From IMG/VR virus record IMGVR_UViG_3300027972_000007, positions 1-64,000 of that record: a DNA stretch of 64,000 nt; one strand, written 5' to 3'. This stretch comes from a virus. Below are positions 58,546 through 64,000 of this stretch, in pieces; position 1 is the stretch's first letter, and each line of letters starts with the position of its first letter. Below the pieces are notes generated by a model. That model was not told where the DNA came from. It searched no databases and saw nothing but the letters and a program-made list of their open reading frames with translations. The translations under genes and the position numbers were made by a program.

Positions 58546-58620
58546 GCCCCCATAACTCAGATGGTTTAGAGTAATTCACTTTTAATGAATAAGTCGTCAG
58601 TTCGAATCTGACTGGGGGTA
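58546..58620 (+). tRNA. tRNA-Lys(TTT)
   Basis: Loop CTTTTAA. Confidence 0.9.
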
Positions 58621-58630
58621 TAAAATTATT

Positions 58631-58705
58631 GGGCAAGTGGCGAAATTGGTATCCGCGATAGTTTCAAAAACTATACAAATAAGAGTTCGAATCTCTTCTT
58701 GCCCA
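58631..58705 (+). tRNA. tRNA-Leu(CAA) with a short variable loop
   Basis: ATAGT-TTCAAAA-ACTAT; Leu-type D arm. Confidence 0.78.
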
Positions 58706-58715
58706 TAAAGTTTTT

Positions 58716-58797
58716 AGCCTGATGGTGGAATTGGCATACACGCAAGTCTTAGAAACTTGTTCTGAAAAGATTGAGAGTTCAAATCTCTCTCGGGCTA
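58716..58797 (+). tRNA. tRNA-Leu(TAG)
   Basis: Loop CTTAGAA; variable arm. Confidence 0.88.
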
Positions 58798-58808
58798 TAT
58801 AAATTATT

Positions 58809-58885
58809 GCTCCTGTAGCTCAAATGAATAGAGTAAGACGCTTCTAACGTCGAGGTTGCAGGTTTGAATCCTGCCAGGAGTACCA
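58809..58885 (+). tRNA. tRNA-Arg(TCT)
   Basis: Loop CTTCTAA; CCA. Confidence 0.9.
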
Positions 58886-58902
58886 TTATAAAAGAAGGAC
58901 GT

Positions 58903-59493
58903 ATGTTACAGACACTGGAATTAAATAAAGCATCAGTTCCTGTTGGAATTATATCTGCTAAAAGAGCATTAATAGCAGTATGTAATAAAAGAGCTATTGC
59001 TTTAGCAAATTATGATAAAGTTTATCATTCATCGGATTATATATGCATGGATTTGAATTTAGTAAAAGGAAAGAATTCATTAATATCAATTCCTATTCCA
59101 TCAGTCATACGATTTATTGATTCTGATTTCATGCCAAAAAGATATACAAATATTTTACCATTTAATCGCATGAATGTGTATATAAGAGATAGTGGAACTT
59201 GTTGTTATTGTGGTAAAAAAGTATCCATAAGTAATTTTACTTTTGATCATGTTATACCAAGGGCTGATGGAGGAAAAAGCTGTTGGGAAAATGTTGTGGT
59301 GAGTTGTGTAAAATGCAATAATCAAAAGGATAGAATTCCATTACATAAATTTTCAAAGAAACTTATAAAAAAACCATATGTACCACATTTAACGAAAGCA
59401 GCACCAGAACATTTAGTAAGTAGAATAGCAATGGAAATACCACATGAAACATGGTTAGATTATATTTACTGGAGAATAGAATTAGAAGAGTAA
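58903..59493 (+). CDS. HNH endonuclease
   Basis: Start revised to MLQTL; RD...CCYCG, TFDHVIPR..GG and WEN.V.SC..CN.K motifs. Confidence 0.9.
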   Translation: MLQTLELNKASVPVGIISAKRALIAVCNKRAIALANYDKVYHSSDYICMDLNLVKGKNSLISIPIPSVIRFIDSDFMPKRYTNILPFNRMNVYIRDSGTCCYCGKKVSISNFTFDHVIPRADGGKSCWENVVVSCVKCNNQKDRIPLHKFSKKLIKKPYVPHLTKAAPEHLVSRIAMEIPHETWLDYIYWRIELEE

Positions 59494-59508
59494 TTTCATG
59501 AAAAATAA

Positions 59509-59583
59509 GCTCCCGTAGTGCAGTGGTTAGCACGTCTGGTTTTCAACCAGAGAATCTCGGTTCAACTCCGGGCGGGAGTACCA
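59509..59583 (+). tRNA. tRNA-Glu(TTC)
   Basis: Loop TTTTCAA; CCA. Confidence 0.9.
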
Positions 59584-59713
59584 TATTTTAATGAAATCAC
59601 ATTTCTATTTGTTGGCTAGAGAAATAAGGATAATATTATAATTTTTAACAAAATAAATTAAATCGAAATAATAATTATTATTTTTATAAATAATTAAAAA
59701 AGGAAAGATATAC

Positions 59714-59899
59714 ATGCTCAATCAATTAAATCAAATTAAAAGTAAAGTTTGTTTGTGTGATAAAACATTAAAAGAATTAACTAAAGAATTAGATATGGAT
59801 TATAACAGTTTTATTAGAATTATTAACGGTTACCAGAAGATTCCCGAAGGATTTTTTCAAAAAGTAGAATTAGTTTTAAAAACATGGAAAGAAAAATAA
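59714..59899 (+). CDS. Small HTH protein
   Basis: TLKEL.KEL.MDY.SF..IING, an XRE-like pattern. Confidence 0.65.
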   Translation: MLNQLNQIKSKVCLCDKTLKELTKELDMDYNSFIRIINGYQKIPEGFFQKVELVLKTWKEK

Positions 59900-59900
59900 T

Positions 59901-61151
59901 ATGAGATTGGTTTATAAATTCAACTTTACTGATACTTCAGATTATTTGAATAATCTTTGTATTATTTCAAAGAATTTATATAATCAGGCCAATTATTTGA
60001 TTAAACAAGAATTAAATACTAATAAAAAGTGGTTACGTTATAATGATTTAGATAAAATAATGAAAGTAACTAAAAATCTTGAAAGTAATATTAATTATAG
60101 ATTACTTAAATCTCATGTTGCTCAACAATGTTTAAAGTTATTAGATAAAAATTGGTCGTCTTTTTTTATGTCAATTAAATGTTGGAAAGCAAATAAAGAT
60201 AATTATAAGGGTATGCCCAAATCACCTTATTATCTTAAAAAAGATAAGAATTTATTAATATATACTAATCAAGTTTCTAAAATAAAAGATAATAAAATTT
60301 ATCTTTCTAAAGATTTTACTATAGATATACCTAAGTATAAAGATTTTAGTAAATTTCAACAGATAAGAGTATTACCTACATATATCAAAAATCAATTTGA
60401 AGTAGAGATAATTTATAATCAAGACATAAAGAATGAAAATCTGAATTATGATAAGTATTCTTCTATTGATTTAGGATTAAATAATTTGGTGTCTTTAGTT
60501 TCCGAAAACAAACCAATATTAATTAATGGAAATATACTTAAATCATATAATCAATTATACAATAAACAAAAAGCTAAATTATATTCAGTTAAAGATAAAA
60601 TGAAGAATAAACATTACACAAGGAGACTATATGAGTTAGAAAAGAATAGAAATAATTACGTCAAAGATTATTTACACAAAGTTTCAAGATTAATGATTAA
60701 TTATTTAATTAAGAATAAGATTGGTAATTTAGTTATAGGTCACAATAAACAATGGAAAGACTCCATTAATATAGGGCATAAAAATAACCAGGCTTTTGTT
60801 ACTATTCCTCATTCACAATTAATTAATTATTTAACATATAAATCTGAACTTTGTGGTATTAAGGTGCAAGAAGTTGAAGAGAGTTATACATCTAAATGTG
60901 ATTCTTTAGCTAATGAAACTATAGAAAAACATGAAGTATATTTAGGAAAAAGAATAAAAAGAGGATTATTTCAAAGTTCGTCAAGAAAATTAATTAATGC
61001 AGATGTTAATGGAGCTTTGAATATAATGAGAAAAGTAGTTGGTAATTCTTATGCAAATAAGATAATCAATAGTGGGTTCTTGTTTAACCCAGTAAAGATA
61101 AGGAATCTGTTTTCAAACTCTTTGCAAACTTGTTTATTAAAGATAACATGA
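59901..61151 (+). mobile_element. tnpB: TnpB-family RNA-guided nuclease with rearranged RuvC-II; no TnpA
   Basis: LYNQANY, SIDLGLNNL, DYLHK.SR, VIGHN, EESYTSKC and NADVNGALNI motifs. Confidence 0.9.
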
Positions 61152-61170
61152 GTGAGACGCTCTAAATTAT

Positions 61171-61246
61171 TGGGATGTCGCCAAACGGTTAAGGCACTGG
61201 ACTTTGAATCCAGTATTTGAAGGTTCGAATCCTTCCATCCCAGCCA
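61171..61246 (+). tRNA. tRNA-Gln(TTG)
   Basis: Loop CTTTGAA; GCCA. Confidence 0.9.
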
Positions 61247-61254
61247 TTCTTTAC

Positions 61255-61330
61255 ATAAGCGTAATTCAATTGGTAGAATACTGGTCTCCAAAACCAGCAG
61301 TTAAGAGTTCGAGTCTCTTCGCTTATGCCA
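61255..61330 (+). tRNA. tRNA-Trp(CCA)
   Basis: Loop CTCCAAA; GCCA. Confidence 0.9.
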
Positions 61331-61816
61331 TATTAAAAATAATTTAAATACTTCTTGACTTATTTCTTACTTTAATATATATTATAATAGTAATAGAAAA
61401 GATAAACAATTTAATAATTTAATTCATAAAAAGGATTAATAAAATGCATATACAATATTTTATTGATAAAGAAGAATTTGCTGGTCGTACTAGAGATATA
61501 ATTCCAAGAATTGGAGATGAAATAAGATTTAAAAATGTAATATATAAAATTAAAAGTGTAGTATGGATAGAAGATGAAACGCCAGAACATGTTCATATTT
61601 TAATAGAAAAATAATTAAAAATACTTATTGACTTTTATTGTGTTATAATATATATTATAACAGGAAAAATTATTATGAAAAATCTTTACATAGTTATTAT
61701 TCCATTTTTAATGCTTTTGACAATTTGTTCAGTTATATTTATCACATTTTATTTTGATGATTATAGTGATTATCAAATCAAAATAGAAAGTAAAAGAAAT
61801 TTAGAAATAATTATGA

Positions 61817-63785
61817 GTGATACAACAAAGAATTAAAAATATGGAACATTTTGTGGTTAAACATTATAGTGAAGATGCTCATCCATCAATAAAAGGAAAT
61901 GGTTTTGATGGTCTTGTAATTGGCAATAATCGTAGCGAAGCAGAAGATTTCATTAATTGGATAAATGCTGTTATTGATAAAGCATGTAATACAAATAAAT
62001 CAAATATATGCATAGCAGAGACAAAAGTATCAGTATCACAGTGGAATTTAGATAAACCGGAATGTGCTTGCGGCGGCAAAGTTATACTGGTTCAAGAAAA
62101 ATATCGTTGTGATTGCGGACGAGTATTTTATAAAATATAGTATAAAAATAAAGGGAGTAATTGTGAGACAAATAAATGTTATTAAACGTGACAAAAAGCA
62201 TTTCCAATACTATCATAAAAAGGTATGGAATAAAATTATTGAATATATTAAAAGAGATTTTCCTGACAATAATACTCTAATATATTCTTCTGTTATTTAT
62301 GAATATAAATATGAAGCATTTAAAGAGATATTTAATATAGAAGAAGGAATTAGATCCCAATGTTTTGGATGTCATTGGTCAAAAATATCAATTGAAGATA
62401 ATGAATGTTATTGTAAAGATTGCCTATTTAAGATAAAATATAAAAAAGCTTTATTTGAATATGACTCAGAAAGACAATGTCTAAATGGTTTGTATTTTAA
62501 ACTTATTGATTCAGATAATAATTTAAATGTTAAAGAGTACATCAAAATCTGTATCAAAATCAGAGATTTTCCAATTAAATGAAACATAAAAAGGAATTTT
62601 ACAATGGAAACTACAGCAAAAAAACTATTAATTAAAGCAATAAGTATATGGCAAAAAACTCATGAAAGTCTATTAGAAGTAGAAGGAGAGAAGATTGATA
62701 GAAATAATTTCATAGCTCCGTCAACGGTATATATAAATGAAAAAATAATTATGAAACATGGTATTTATCAATGTCCATTATGTATAGAATACCATAGAGA
62801 CAATGATTGTAGCGGATGCCCAATAAAAGAACATACTGGTTATAATCATTGTGATAACACTCCATATAGAACATTAACATATTATATGATTAAAACTAAA
62901 CCCAAAACAGTAACTAAAAAACTAATTCGAATCCATCAAGAAATGATAGATTTAATGAAAAAGATATTAAAAGATACACTCTGGAAATTGTATATTTAAG
63001 ATAAAATATTAAAATGAGGTTAAATATCATGAAAATATTGTTAATAATTTTATTATTTATAGGGTGTAGTAATTATTATAAAGAAATGAACGATATTGAA
63101 CTCGCAAAACATAATGAATTTATCAGTTATACTATATTAAATGAATTTCAATCTATTGCTGTTGATACATTACATAATATATGGCTTATCGAACATCACG
63201 GTAATGGTACTATAACTGATAAAAGACTAATATATTCTCCTATAAAAGAATATGAATTATTCATTATGCCAGCAGAAAAATATGGAAAATAATAACAGAT
63301 AAAAAGGAATTTTATGTGTTTAGATATAATTAATAAAAAATATGATATCCAACAGAAATATAAAAAGTACAAAGTAAAAAAGAATACAAAGAATATGAAT
63401 TAGAAACTATTACAAATCATTATTATGCAAGAATAGTGTATGGAATATATGATAATAGACTTGGTTATTACTATATCTGTATAAAATGTAAGAGTAAAAA
63501 TAGAACAGAAAAACTTATTAATATATGAAAGATAAAAAGCAAAACAATTTTGAAACAATGTATTTAGGAAAATGGATAGCTCAATGTGCAGTATGTGATA
63601 ACAAAAGGCAACATTGTCCGGATGAACCCATTCATTATGTAGAATATCGAGATGAAAAAGTAGGTTTATGTGAAAGATGTTTTTCTAATTTTCAAAATGG
63701 AGCATTTGATTATTCCCGAGTTAGAAAGATACCAAGAGAAGAACGTTTATATATTTGTACTAAAAATGGAAGGATATTAAGATAA
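61817..63785 (+). other. Block of small early hypothetical genes, several Cys-rich, plus a lipoprotein-like ORF (63014..63292)
   Basis: CxxC motifs in ORFs at 61817, 62064, 62604 and 63525; LFIGC lipobox at 63014; downstream of early promoters. Confidence 0.55.
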
Positions 63786-64000
63786 TCATGCAATTTAAAT
63801 CAGTATCTTATAATTATGCTTTAGATACAAATCTATCTACTAATTTTAAAGGTAGCAATATTCCTCATTCAGATATAGTTAAGAATATTACAACAGAAAT
63901 GATCAATAAATTAATTGGAAAGATGAGTGATATGGATATCCCTGATATTCTATATATCTATCAATATGACTGATAAACCATATTTGCAACAAGAGCAAGA

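Noticed and set aside
57165-58636. ORFs called across the tRNA array, and 61049..61291
   Set aside because: They overlap clear tRNA cloverleafs and are spurious.
57532-58797. Suppressor tRNAs or genome-wide stop-codon recoding
   Set aside because: TGA and TAG here are anticodons for Ser (TCA) and Leu (CTA) codons. Core genes are intact in the standard code, and TGA and TAG act as normal stops elsewhere.
61100-61170. TnpB guide matching a target within this window
   Set aside because: The element end could not be defined and I saw no convincing match by eye; a computational search is needed.

Overview
This is a 64-kb, very AT-rich piece of a large T4-like (myovirus-type) phage genome. It holds a rearranged morphogenesis region: gp21-gp22-gp23 head genes, then gp13, gp15-gp19, baseplate genes (gp26, gp53, gp5, gp25, gp6 and others), a long tail fibre, gp3 and regA. 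It also has a minus-strand early block with an SNF2 helicase, accessory enzymes (UDG, glycosyltransferase, metallophosphoesterase), and a 22-tRNA array interrupted by an HNH gene and an HTH+TnpB pair. Main findings: (1) An unannotated 41-codon leader ORF (56968-57093) packs all 20 amino acids into 23 consecutive codons. It is coupled to overlapping antiterminator/terminator hairpins and a boxA directly upstream of the tRNA array, and looks like a pan-tRNA-sensing transcription attenuator. (2) More than 20 otherwise unrelated ORFs share a T4 capsid-targeting-like N-terminal leader, suggesting a modular set of packaged and injected proteins (ART-like, NTase, HExxH, HAD, SWIM, ParB-like). (3) A tRNA-Arg(ACG) has two anticodon-like arms. 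(4) A promoter-bounded gene cassette is exactly duplicated 34 kb away. (5) A 62-bp palindromic element occurs four times. All product calls come from motif recognition and synteny by eye; no database searches were run.
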